A stretch of 62,937 bases of DNA, filler included. It is 5 parts of 5 records of this genome, joined end to end, with 100 filler letters (N's around TTAATTAATTAA, not from the genome) between each part and the next. Parts side by side here need not be neighbours in the genome. Positions count along the whole stretch, not along the records: positions 16,338 to 23,679 come from SRR22947725_1664; positions 23,780 to 44,302 come from SRR22947725_1674; 3 more parts are not named here. One strand, 5' to 3'. Both the position numbers and the translations under genes were made by a program. Of this stretch, positions 21,033-30,723 are shown piece by piece. The notes beneath the pieces are model-generated. The model had not been told where the DNA came from. It saw only the letters and a program-made list of their open reading frames with translations, and did no database searches. Positions within the stretch are counted from its first letter, which is position 1. Each line of letters starts with the position of its first letter.

Positions 21033-21505
21033 AACGTTCAAATCCAAAAGAGTCTATTTTAAGAGATGAGTTTTGGAATAAATTTTCTTTGGATAAATTA
21101 AGTCCGAAGGAATGGGAGGCTTTATGTGACGGTTGTGGCAAATGTTGTCTCCATAAGCTGGAAGACGAAGAAACTGGAGAGATCGAATTCACAAAGGTTT
21201 CTTGTAGATTATTAGATAGCCATAGTTGTAAGTGCGGGCAATACGAAACAAGGAAACAATTTGTTCCAGATTGTGTAGTTTTATCTCCAAATAATATAAA
21301 TGAAGTTTCTTATTGGATGCCTCAAACATGTGCCTACCGTTTGTTGCATGAAGGTAAACCTCTTTATTCTTGGCATCCTTTAATATCTGGTAGCACGGAT
21401 ACTGTTCATCAAGCCGGTATGTCAGTAAGAGAGAAATGTATTCCAGAGTTTGAGGTTCCCGAAGAAGAGTGGGAAGACCATATTATTGACGAGCCGGGAG
21501 TATGA
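21029..21505 (+). CDS. YcgN family cysteine-cluster protein
   Basis: EWEALCDGCGKCC, CRLLD, WMPQTCAYR. Confidence 0.93.
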   Translation: MKRSNPKESILRDEFWNKFSLDKLSPKEWEALCDGCGKCCLHKLEDEETGEIEFTKVSCRLLDSHSCKCGQYETRKQFVPDCVVLSPNNINEVSYWMPQTCAYRLLHEGKPLYSWHPLISGSTDTVHQAGMSVREKCIPEFEVPEEEWEDHIIDEPGV

Positions 21506-21753
21506 TCGTTAAAGCGACCGAAATTCAGCTGAAAACAATTAAAAATAAAGAAAGTAGAAACAAAATAAATCTGTTTGTCTTTTACAGCTCTTCGATCACT
21601 ACATATTTGTTCTATAAAAATTTTAACAAGTTAGAGAAATCTGACAACTCTATGTGTATCATTTTAAATGATATTCTTGTCTCTAAAAAATATTAGCTAC
21701 TAGTCATAGCTATATTTAGAGGCTAAAAGAATGATGACTGAACGACTCGGGAA

Positions 21754-22782
21754 ATGAACATGTCGACACATTCTGAACCGAAAATTATTGCTGGGAATGC
21801 TAACCTAGAGCTGGCCAGCGGAATAGTTAAGAGAATGTCTATGCACAGGGGTATGACTACTAAGCTCGTTGATGTCCGGGTAGAGAAATTTACAGATCAA
21901 GAGATATTTGTTGAGGTATATGAGAATGTACGTGGCGAAGACATGTTCATAATACAATCGACCTCTAATCCCGCAAATGATAATCTCATGGAGTTATTAA
22001 TAATTACTGATGCCCTTAAGAGGTCCTCTGCGTCCAGGATAACAGCAGTAATTCCATATTTTGGTTATGCTCGTCAAGACAGAAGAACTAAGGCAAGAAC
22101 CCCTATTTCAGCAAAACTTGTTTCAAATTTAATTTCGAGAGCAGGTGTTGAAAGAGTGTTAACTATGGATCTTCATGCAACCCAGATTCAGGGCTTTTTC
22201 GACATTCCAGTAGATAACTTATATGCATCGCCACTATTCTCTTTAGACATAAAACATCACTTCAAGGATAAATTAGATAAGATCATGTTAGTTTCTCCAG
22301 ATGTTGGGGGAGTTGCTCGAGCTAGGGAGTTAGCACAACGACTAGGCGCACCCTTAGCAATAGTTGATAAGCGGCGTGAAAAGCCAGGCGAAGTGTCTGA
22401 GATGACACTTATAGGAGATGTTGTTGGAAAAAGTTGTATCCTAGTTGATGATATTTGCGATACAGCAGGAACTTTATGCAAAGCAGCAAGCTTACTTATA
22501 GATGCTGGAGCTATAGAGGTGCACGCCTATATAACTCACGGAGTACTAAGCGGTGAAGCGGTAAATAGAATTGAAGCGTCTAGTATGAAACAACTCATAA
22601 TTACAGATTCAGTAGGGCCAAGTGAAGAGGTTGCTAATTCTAAGAAAATTAGAGTAATCCCAACAGCGCCGATGTTCGCTCAGGCCATCTTAAACATATG
22701 GGGTGGGACAAGTGTCTCATCCTTATTTAATGATGATAGTTTAGCACCCGTATATGAAGGTATGTATCCTAGCCTAATTTAA
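21754..22782 (+). CDS. prs: Ribose-phosphate pyrophosphokinase
   Basis: PYFGYARQDRR, SPDVGGVARAR, VDDICDTAGTL. Confidence 0.97.
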   Translation: MNMSTHSEPKIIAGNANLELASGIVKRMSMHRGMTTKLVDVRVEKFTDQEIFVEVYENVRGEDMFIIQSTSNPANDNLMELLIITDALKRSSASRITAVIPYFGYARQDRRTKARTPISAKLVSNLISRAGVERVLTMDLHATQIQGFFDIPVDNLYASPLFSLDIKHHFKDKLDKIMLVSPDVGGVARARELAQRLGAPLAIVDKRREKPGEVSEMTLIGDVVGKSCILVDDICDTAGTLCKAASLLIDAGAIEVHAYITHGVLSGEAVNRIEASSMKQLIITDSVGPSEEVANSKKIRVIPTAPMFAQAILNIWGGTSVSSLFNDDSLAPVYEGMYPSLI

Positions 22783-22787
22783 GAAAT

Positions 22788-23171
22788 TTAGATATCAGAC
22801 AATGCTACTTCTAAATCAGAACAATATTTAGCAGTTGCATCAGATCCTATCTCTTCGTGTTTGAGTTTAGCATCCACAATTAATTTATCTGCTACTGCTC
22901 TACTTAAATCGTCTTTAGTAAAGGCTTTCTCCGCCAAAACAGATGTTGTTTCAGCTGAAACTTCTGCAAAACCTCCAGTCACAAAGTATTGCTCTTCTTT
23001 ATCAGCAGTAAATATATTTATGAACCCTGGTCTTAAAGTTGTTATTATAGGTGCATGATCTGACATAGCAGAAAAATCTCCCTCTGAACCAGGTATATTT
23101 ATCTCATTAGCTTTGACGGATACCAAGCTCTTTTCAGGCGAAACAAGGTCAAATTGTATTAATTTAGCCAT
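22788..23171 (-). CDS. atpC: F1F0 ATP synthase epsilon subunit
   Basis: FDLVSPE, PGSEGDF..M.DHAPIITTLRPG, GGFAEV; follows atpD. Confidence 0.95.
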   Translation of the reverse strand: MAKLIQFDLVSPEKSLVSVKANEINIPGSEGDFSAMSDHAPIITTLRPGFINIFTADKEEQYFVTGGFAEVSAETTSVLAEKAFTKDDLSRAVADKLIVDAKLKHEEIGSDATAKYCSDLEVALSDI

Positions 23172-23183
23172 AACTATAACTTT

Positions 23184-23679
<496 letters not shown>

Positions 23680-23779
23680 NNNNNNNNNNNNNNNNNNNNN
23701 NNNNNNNNNNNNNNNNNNNNNNNTTAATTAATTAANNNNNNNNNNNNNNNNNNNNNNNNNNNNNNNNNNNNNNNNNNNN
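23680..23779. other. Artificial contig linker
   Basis: 44 N + TTAATTAATTAA + 44 N. Confidence 0.99.
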
Positions 23780-24086
23780 GATTCTTTGCTAAATTGTAAT
23801 CATCAATGAGACGTGGGGGGAAAAAGCTATATTCCCTTATGAGTTTTCCACTTTTCTTATCATAGATAAATACAAAATAATCTCCCAAACGTGGGATATT
23901 TCTAAGGTTTAACTTTTTATAATCTTTTTCTAATTGTTCTGCTAAATTAGCTCTACCATCTTCTAATGTTCTTCTATATCTAACCTCTGCTACTTCTTCT
24001 AAAATTTCTGGAGCAACAAAAAAACCACCACCAAGGATCAGAAGAGTTAACAATATGATTTTTGACCGTATCCCAATCCTCTTCAT
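23780..24086 (-). CDS. Probable sensor histidine kinase, N-terminal fragment
   Basis: Abuts the response regulator; starts MKRIGIRSKIILL plus TM helix; truncated before kinase core. Confidence 0.65.
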
Positions 24087-24761
24087 TTAATTCCACCTAT
24101 ACCCAAAACCACGAACAGTTTTAATGTGGTCATCTAAGTTAAAAGGTTTAAGTTTTTTTCTCAGATATCCTATGTAAACTTCAACTTTATTAACATCTTC
24201 TTCGACTGGATATAAAATTTCCCAGATTTCCTCCAATAATTCATTTTTTGTCACAATATTTCCATTATTCATTACTAAGAAAGCAAGTAGGTCTAGTTCT
24301 TGCTTTGTTAGCTCAATTTCAAGATCCTTACTTGTAACTTTTCTTGCATTTAAATCAATCTTTAAATCTTGAAACTCTAACAACGCTTTCTCGTGTCCAC
24401 CTGTCTTTAAAAGTTTGCGAATTCTTGCCAGCAGTTCAACTGTAGAAAAAGGCTTTCTCAAATAATCATTTGCACCAGTATCCAACCCTTCTTCGACATC
24501 GTATTCACCACCCTTTGCTGTTAACATTATTATCGGAGTTTTCACTCCAATCTCTCTAACCTTTGCACAGACTTTATAACCATTCATTTTTGGCATCATG
24601 ATATCTAAAATTACAAGATCGGGTTGGTCTTCAATGATTTTGTAATATCCAGATTCCCCATCAAAAGATTGATCAACAAAATATCCCTCATTGACTAAGG
24701 ACTGTTTTACTAATTCTGATATTTTCTTATCATCTTCAACTAAAAGTATTTTTTTAACCAC
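24087..24761 (-). CDS. OmpR/PhoB family response regulator (MprA/PrrA-like)
   Basis: LLVEDD, LDIMMP, KPF, recognition helix NKVEVYIGYLRKKL, KTVRGFGY. Confidence 0.93.
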   Translation of the reverse strand: MVKKILLVEDDKKISELVKQSLVNEGYFVDQSFDGESGYYKIIEDQPDLVILDIMMPKMNGYKVCAKVREIGVKTPIIMLTAKGGEYDVEEGLDTGANDYLRKPFSTVELLARIRKLLKTGGHEKALLEFQDLKIDLNARKVTSKDLEIELTKQELDLLAFLVMNNGNIVTKNELLEEIWEILYPVEEDVNKVEVYIGYLRKKLKPFNLDDHIKTVRGFGYRWN

Positions 24762-24813
24762 AACTTAATAATGACAATATAAATTTATTTATCAAGTGAT
24801 TGGATTTATTAAC

Positions 24814-24833
24814 CTCAGGAACCTCACAGGTTT
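24814..24833 (+). promoter_or_regulatory. Putative response-regulator operator, copy 1
   Basis: CTCAGGAACCTCACAGGTTT; 17/20 identical to 27233-27252; contains hexamers CCTCAG/TCACAG 11 bp apart. Confidence 0.65.
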
Positions 24834-24891
24834 TTAAGGATACCATAAGGTTTCATCCGCTATAAAAGAGTATGAAAAAGAAAGGACGAAT

Positions 24892-25371
24892 ATGAAAAAA
24901 TCATTATTAGGAATAGGTGTTTTTGGTCTTGCTCTCGGTGCAGGTATTGTTGGCATTTCTTATGCGTCGGAAATTCCTATGGCTAAAGAGGTATTTATTC
25001 AAGATGAGGTTTCTCCGACTGAAGGTGGCAAACACAATCTGTTAGAAGATGTTCTAGAAGGACTAGTTGAAGAAGAGGCTTTATCGGTAGAGCAGGCTGA
25101 CACCATATTGAACACAATGGCGGCAAGAAAGCTTGAGATGAAAGCGAAAAGAGAAGAAATCAAAAATCTAATTAAAGAAATGTTTGAAGATGGAGAAATT
25201 ACAGTAGTAGAACTAGATTCTTTAACAACTATAGATCAAGAAAAAATAGATCGATTTAAAGATCACTTTTCAGAGGAGCTTGAAGATGGTGTGATTTCAG
25301 AGGAAGAGTTTAAAGATAATATTAAAAGTCACCACAGAAAAGGACACCATAAGTCGAAAGGCAATAAGTAA
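24892..25371 (+). CDS. Secreted acidic hypothetical protein with His-rich tail
   Basis: AAAGGA RBS, signal peptide, Glu/Asp-rich helical body, C-terminal HHRKGHHKSK. Confidence 0.8.
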   Translation: MKKSLLGIGVFGLALGAGIVGISYASEIPMAKEVFIQDEVSPTEGGKHNLLEDVLEGLVEEEALSVEQADTILNTMAARKLEMKAKREEIKNLIKEMFEDGEITVVELDSLTTIDQEKIDRFKDHFSEELEDGVISEEEFKDNIKSHHRKGHHKSKGNK

Positions 25372-25384
25372 GTAGTTGAGTATT

Positions 25385-25420
25385 TGTGTATTGGTTTTCT
25401 CCCTTGTCCAATACACATTT
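25385..25420 (+). terminator. Stem-loop, probable terminator
   Basis: TGTGTATTGG-13 nt-CCAATACACA followed by TTT. Confidence 0.55.
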
Positions 25421-25434
25421 ACTAAAACGTAACC

Positions 25435-25875
25435 ATGAAAAAATTAATACCTGAAACAATCGTAAATAAAATTCCAAGTAATAAATTTGTCTACTATTTT
25501 TGTTTGTTATTAGTTACATTCAATTTATTTAGAAGCCTTGAACATATATTTGCTGAAGATGGTGGAGCTGAATCTATTGCAGGCATTCCATTAAGTAGCT
25601 ACTCAGAGGAAGCTGCAAACAACATTGTTTCAATATTTGCTCAGTGGGGTTTTTCACAGCTAGTTTTAGCTTGCATGTTATTACTTGTTGTTTTAAAAAT
25701 GAGGGAATTAATACCTCTTATGTTGCTTATTATTGCTTTAGAAAATATTTTAAGAGGAGCAGTGGGGTTATATAAGCCTTTAATTTTAGGAGATGCTCCT
25801 CCAGGGGCAGTTTCTCGAATTATTGGTTTAGTAACTTTAGTTGTTTTATTTATTTCGATAAGAGAAAACAATTAA
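25435..25875 (+). CDS. Conserved hypothetical membrane protein (about 4 TM)
   Basis: RSLEHIFAEDGGAESIAGIPL...FAQWGFSQL, hydrophobic segments. Confidence 0.8.
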   Translation: MKKLIPETIVNKIPSNKFVYYFCLLLVTFNLFRSLEHIFAEDGGAESIAGIPLSSYSEEAANNIVSIFAQWGFSQLVLACMLLLVVLKMRELIPLMLLIIALENILRGAVGLYKPLILGDAPPGAVSRIIGLVTLVVLFISIRENN

Positions 25876-25879
25876 AATT

Positions 25880-26461
25880 ATGAAAAAAAATTTAAACACC
25901 TTCTTATTACTTCTATTTGTTCTTTTCTCGGCGTGCTCATCATCGGATGAATCGCAAGGAGTTGTTTCTACAAATAATTTATCAGGTGATACAACAATTG
26001 CAGAGGAAGTCGTTGAAGATGTAGTTTCCGTTGAAGATGCACAGCTTTTACTAGCTAGGTGCTTAAGAGAAAATGGATATGATATTACAGATCCTAAAAA
26101 TGGTGAGAGTTTACGAAGTGTTTTGCAGCCGGTATTTTTAGCTGTTGATCAAAAAGGTAGAGACGAACTTTTTGAGACTATAGAGACTTGTTCTGAAGAT
26201 AACAACATTCCACTAGGTGGGAGAGCAGATTTTGAGAATCCAGAAGAAGTTGCAGAACAGTTAGATTCCGAGCTTGAAATTGCGCAATGTTTTAGAGAAA
26301 AAGGGATAGAGGTTGAAGACCCTAACGCAGAAAGATCACTTAGAAGTATAATTTCTGGGCTTGTTCAGTCAGGACAATACTTACAAGAACAAATCAGAGA
26401 AGTACGGGCAGCGTGTTTTGATGATCTTGGACGCGAACCTCCACAACAAGGAGGGCGTTAG
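25880..26461 (+). CDS. Lipoprotein with two Cx(R/N)ExG...DP...C repeats
   Basis: Lipobox FSAC; repeats ARCLRENGYDITDP...IETC and AQCFREKGIEVEDP...RAAC. Confidence 0.85.
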   Translation: MKKNLNTFLLLLFVLFSACSSSDESQGVVSTNNLSGDTTIAEEVVEDVVSVEDAQLLLARCLRENGYDITDPKNGESLRSVLQPVFLAVDQKGRDELFETIETCSEDNNIPLGGRADFENPEEVAEQLDSELEIAQCFREKGIEVEDPNAERSLRSIISGLVQSGQYLQEQIREVRAACFDDLGREPPQQGGR

Positions 26462-26612
26462 GTATACCGCTCTTGGACCGGCAGATCTGGAGCCTGTCAT
26501 AAATGCACTAGATAATCCGATTCGAGTTAGTCGCGAAGCCAAGAATTAGACTGTTTCTAACCTCTACCGCTTCAAGGCGGAGGTTAAAACAACACATAAT
26601 TTATAATCTTAT

Positions 26613-27212
26613 ATGTACAGAAAAGCCTCAATAATATTAGCTTTGTTTACTGCTTGTTCGCTATTCCAACAAGAAGAACAAGCTATTGTTTCAGTTGCAG
26701 AAACCGATAAAGGAAAAGAGGCGATTGCTCTTGGCGTTGAACTTACAGATAAACGGGAAGAAATTTCAGATGAAGATGCCCCACTAGTCCTTGTTCAGTG
26801 TGTAAATGAGTATGGTTATAAATTTAAAGAGCCAAAAAACTTTTTAGATTTATATACAACCGTCGCTTCCTACTTTGAAACTTTAACCACTCAAGAACAA
26901 GATGAATTATGGAGCAAAATAGAAGACTGTGCTCTAGAGTACAACTTATGGGGAGTTGCAGACGAGAATCAATTCGAGGACCCAGTTCAAACTGCAAAAG
27001 AGTTAGATAGGGCACTATTTATTGCAAGTTGCTTTAGAGAGAGTGGATACTCCAAAGTTCCAGACCCGAATTACTTTAATAGAGATGTAAATCTTGACGC
27101 ATACACAACTGAAGAATGGGATTTTAGTGAAGATGATCCAATTGTTAAGACATGGCAGGCATGTGAAGACAAACTACCAGAGGAGTTAAAAAATGATGAA
27201 TGGGATGTTTAA
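26613..27212 (+). CDS. Lipoprotein with two Cys-pair repeats (paralog)
   Basis: Lipobox FTAC; VQCVNEYGYKFKEP...IEDC and ASCFRESGYSKVPDP...WQAC. Confidence 0.85.
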   Translation: MYRKASIILALFTACSLFQQEEQAIVSVAETDKGKEAIALGVELTDKREEISDEDAPLVLVQCVNEYGYKFKEPKNFLDLYTTVASYFETLTTQEQDELWSKIEDCALEYNLWGVADENQFEDPVQTAKELDRALFIASCFRESGYSKVPDPNYFNRDVNLDAYTTEEWDFSEDDPIVKTWQACEDKLPEELKNDEWDV

Positions 27213-27232
27213 AAAACGCAATAAATTAATTT

Positions 27233-27252
27233 CTCAGAAAACTCAAAGGTTT
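27233..27252 (+). promoter_or_regulatory. Putative response-regulator operator, copy 2
   Basis: CTCAGAAAACTCAAAGGTTT, ending 23 bp upstream of the exporter operon start. Confidence 0.65.
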
Positions 27253-27275
27253 AATAAACTAATCTAGTTAGAACA

Positions 27276-28862
27276 ATGGTGAAAAATATATTTAAATTAA
27301 AAAACTTATACTTGTTAATTGCTGTAGTTGCCTTAGCTTACGTAGGTTATTATTTTGGTACTCAAAATACTGAAAATACAACCTCTAATAAAACCTTAGA
27401 ACTGACTACAGTTTCAATTCAAAAAGGTGACTTAGAAAAAAAAGAAGAATACAACGGAACCCTAAGACAAACTGACAGCAAGGTGTTGAATTCACCAATG
27501 TCAGGTGTCATAACATATATTCCAAAAGAGGGAACAGTAATTAGTTTTGGAGAAGTACTTTTTGCCGTTGACAATAAACCTGTAATTTTACTTGAAGGCA
27601 CGACCCCTTTTTACAGAACCCTTGACTTGAACTCTAATCCTGGACCAGATGTTTTACAGTTAGAGGAAGCACTAATTTATTTAGGATACGCCGCAGAAGA
27701 TTTTGTTTCTGATGAAACTTTTGATGAGACAACATCAAATATGTTAAACAAACTGTACCTTGACTATAAAATTGATACAAAATCTGAAATTACCCCTGCA
27801 GAGCAAGTTGCAATTAATCTGAAAAAGACAGAAGTAGAAAATATTGAAGAAACAATTTCAGATGGTGGAATTTCTTTAACGCAAGTTAATGATAAGAAAA
27901 AGAAACTAGACGATGCAAGAGAAGCAGCTACTGAAGAGAGCACAGCTTGGAAAGCAGCAGATACTGCCATCAAAAACGCAGAAGAAAGCTTAACTCTATA
28001 CAGAGATGAAACGAATCCTAAAACAAAAGAAAAGAAAGCAAATGGAACATTAGATTCTGCTATAGAAGATTTAGAGCAAACAATTGAGGAGCAAAAAAGA
28101 ATCAAAGCTCTAGAAAAAGGTAAAGATTCAGTCATTGATGCCACAGAGGCTTTAGCTATTGAGACAGCTCAAAAAGCATATGACAATGCTTTGGAAGAAT
28201 ACAATAAAGGAGTCGACCAAGCAGCAGAATTAGCAAAAGCAAAAGAAGAGTTAAAAGAACTAGAATTAGCTTCAAGATCAGAAACATTTAGCCCAACAAA
28301 TGCTTATGCTTCCGGAACTTCAATAATTGTCGGTTCTTATGTTAACGATGTAGGCTCAGCTGTGGTATTAAATTCACCACTTTATAATATTTCATCTATT
28401 GGAATCGAAGTAGTTTTCCAAGTTGATGCATCAGATCAAGAGACAGTTTCTCTCGGCGATAGTGTTGAGATTGAACTACCAACTGATGAGAGAGTCCTGA
28501 CGGTAATTAGTTTTATAGACCAGGTCGTTACACAAACCCAGGCTGGAGAATTTATAGAGGTAACTCTAGAAGTACTAAATCCTGAAGAAATCGAAGCATA
28601 TGATCAGGCTCCAGTGAAGGTATTTGTAACAACAGAAATCTCTGCGGGCGTACTTTATGTCCCTGTAAATGCTCTACTTGCTCTAGCAGAAGGTGGTTAT
28701 GCGTTAGAGGTATATGAAGGAGAAGTTGAAACGGGAACCTTTAATGGTGAATCTGGCGTCGACACAAGTTATATCGCAGTTGAAATAGGCGTATTCACAG
28801 ACGGATTTGTGGAAGTAAAAGGAAATATTTCAGAAGGACAAGTAGTAGTCGTACCAAGATGA
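27276..28862 (+). CDS. Membrane-fusion/adaptor protein with peptidoglycan-binding domain
   Basis: N-terminal TM; lipoyl-like SPMSGVITYIPKEG; PG-binding-like GPDVLQLEEALIYLGY..DETFDETT; long coiled coil; VLYVPVNALL...VEIGVFTDGFVEV. Confidence 0.85.
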   Translation: MVKNIFKLKNLYLLIAVVALAYVGYYFGTQNTENTTSNKTLELTTVSIQKGDLEKKEEYNGTLRQTDSKVLNSPMSGVITYIPKEGTVISFGEVLFAVDNKPVILLEGTTPFYRTLDLNSNPGPDVLQLEEALIYLGYAAEDFVSDETFDETTSNMLNKLYLDYKIDTKSEITPAEQVAINLKKTEVENIEETISDGGISLTQVNDKKKKLDDAREAATEESTAWKAADTAIKNAEESLTLYRDETNPKTKEKKANGTLDSAIEDLEQTIEEQKRIKALEKGKDSVIDATEALAIETAQKAYDNALEEYNKGVDQAAELAKAKEELKELELASRSETFSPTNAYASGTSIIVGSYVNDVGSAVVLNSPLYNISSIGIEVVFQVDASDQETVSLGDSVEIELPTDERVLTVISFIDQVVTQTQAGEFIEVTLEVLNPEEIEAYDQAPVKVFVTTEISAGVLYVPVNALLALAEGGYALEVYEGEVETGTFNGESGVDTSYIAVEIGVFTDGFVEVKGNISEGQVVVVPR

Positions 28863-29542
28863 AAGCCAGTACAAAAACTGTAATTTCTATAAATAACATT
28901 TCAAAAGTTTATGAAGGACCTCCACCTGTAAAAGCTCTAGATGGTGTTTCTCTCGAAATTAAAGAGGGTGATTTGGTTTCTATAGTTGGTCAATCAGGAA
29001 GTGGAAAATCAACATTCTTAAACATGATTGGCTTATTAGACAGTATTACAGATGGATCGATTGAGATTGAGGGAAGAGACGTATCAGAACTCTCAGATAA
29101 CCAACTATCAAAATTTAGAGGAGAAAAAATTGGCTTTATTTTTCAAAGCTTTTTTCTCTTACCTGGTCTTACAGCTCAGGAAAATGTAGCAGAAGGACTT
29201 TTATACCAAGGCATTTCTAGATCGGATAGATTAGAAAAGGCTAAAAAAGTATTAAAGCAAGTAGGCCTAGGAGATAGATTGACTCATGAACCTAAGGAGC
29301 TATCTGGTGGACAGCAGCAAAGGGTTGCAATTGCCAGAGCACTTGTTCAAGATCCTGCATTTATATTAGCTGACGAGCCAACAGGAAACTTAGACAAGGA
29401 GTCTGGAATAAATATTTTGAACATCTTAAAAGACTTAAACAATCAAGGTAAAACTGTAATAATGATTACCCATAATCAAGAACATGCAAATACGTTCAAT
29501 AAAGTAATTGAATTGGTTGATGGAAGAATAGTAAATTCATGA
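28859..29542 (+). CDS. ABC transporter ATP-binding protein (LolD/MacB-type)
   Basis: GQSGSGKST, IGFIFQSF, LSGGQQQRVAIARAL, LADEPTGNLD. Confidence 0.95.
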   Translation: MKASTKTVISINNISKVYEGPPPVKALDGVSLEIKEGDLVSIVGQSGSGKSTFLNMIGLLDSITDGSIEIEGRDVSELSDNQLSKFRGEKIGFIFQSFFLLPGLTAQENVAEGLLYQGISRSDRLEKAKKVLKQVGLGDRLTHEPKELSGGQQQRVAIARALVQDPAFILADEPTGNLDKESGINILNILKDLNNQGKTVIMITHNQEHANTFNKVIELVDGRIVNS

Positions 29543-30723
29543 AGAGAAAAAAACTAAAAATCAGAGATCTTTTTTTTGTAGCTTTATATGGAGTGAGAGC
29601 AAGAAAAGGAAGAGCAACACTCACTTCTATAGGTATAGGTATTGGAATAGCTGCAATAGTTGCTGTATCTGGTATTTCTGCTTCTGGAAGAGCAGATCTT
29701 CTTTCAACTCTAGAGTCTTTAGGTACAAATCTCATAAAAGCATCTCCTCAAGCAGGTTTTTTCGGGACACAAGAAGATCTTCCAAAAGGTGTTTTAGGAA
29801 TGGTTGAAAGAATTGGTCCAGTTCAAGAAGTTACCTCTACAACACAGACCGATCTTCTAGTAAGGCGAAGTAATTTTATTTCAGAGTTTGAAGGTGGTGG
29901 AATTTCAACAATTGTTACAAATGCAGAACTATTAGATGTTGTCGGAGGAAAGTTAGTTGATGGAAGGTTTATTCAGAGCGGATTATCAGATATTCCAGTA
30001 ACAGTGCTAGGTAGCGTTACAGCTGAGAGACTTGGAATTAACAATTTAACTAAACCAACAAAAATTTTAATAGAAAATGAATGGTTTGGAGTTATTGGCA
30101 TACTAGAAGAATTAAAAATTCATCCAGATTTAGATCGATCAGTGTTCATTGGCTATGGTGTAGCAGAGACACTATTTGGCATAGAGGAAGAGCCTACAAC
30201 TATTTATGTAAGGGCAAATCCAACATACATTGAAGACGTTGTAGAAGTACTTGCCCCATCAATGAATCCAGAAAACCCTGATCAAGTTGAAGTCACCCGT
30301 CCATCAGATGCACTCGAAGCACAACAAGCAGCAGAAGAGGCTTTTACCAACCTATTACTAGGTTTGGGATCAGTTGCCTTACTTGTTGGAGGAGTTGCAA
30401 TAGCAAATGTTATGGTCATGTCTGTTCTTGAACGAAGGATGGAAATTGGCGTAAGAAGGTCAATCGGCGCGACTAGAAGAGAAATACGATACCAGTTTCT
30501 ATTGGAAAGTATTGTTTTATCGGGCATAGGAGGTCTTGTTGGAGTAGTTCTGGGTGCGGTGATAACCCTGGGTTATACTAATTACACAAATATTGTATTC
30601 TCTATACCTGTATGGCAAATATTTGGAGCAGTACTCGTAGCTTTACTAATCGGAGCAATATCTGGTGTGTATCCAGCTATAAAAGCATCAAAGATACAGC
30701 CGGCAGAAGCAGTGAGAAAGTAA
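29539..30723 (+). CDS. ABC transporter permease (MacB/FtsX family)
   Basis: RATLTSIGIGIGIAAIV, VANVMVMSVLERRMEIGVRRSIGA-type motif, GVYPAIKASKIQPAEAVR. Confidence 0.94.
   Translation: MKRKKLKIRDLFFVALYGVRARKGRATLTSIGIGIGIAAIVAVSGISASGRADLLSTLESLGTNLIKASPQAGFFGTQEDLPKGVLGMVERIGPVQEVTSTTQTDLLVRRSNFISEFEGGGISTIVTNAELLDVVGGKLVDGRFIQSGLSDIPVTVLGSVTAERLGINNLTKPTKILIENEWFGVIGILEELKIHPDLDRSVFIGYGVAETLFGIEEEPTTIYVRANPTYIEDVVEVLAPSMNPENPDQVEVTRPSDALEAQQAAEEAFTNLLLGLGSVALLVGGVAIANVMVMSVLERRMEIGVRRSIGATRREIRYQFLLESIVLSGIGGLVGVVLGAVITLGYTNYTNIVFSIPVWQIFGAVLVALLIGAISGVYPAIKASKIQPAEAVRK

Noticed and set aside
21502-21696. 64-aa ORF overlapping the ycgN stop
   Set aside because: AT-rich, no motif; possibly a decayed gene but not supportable.
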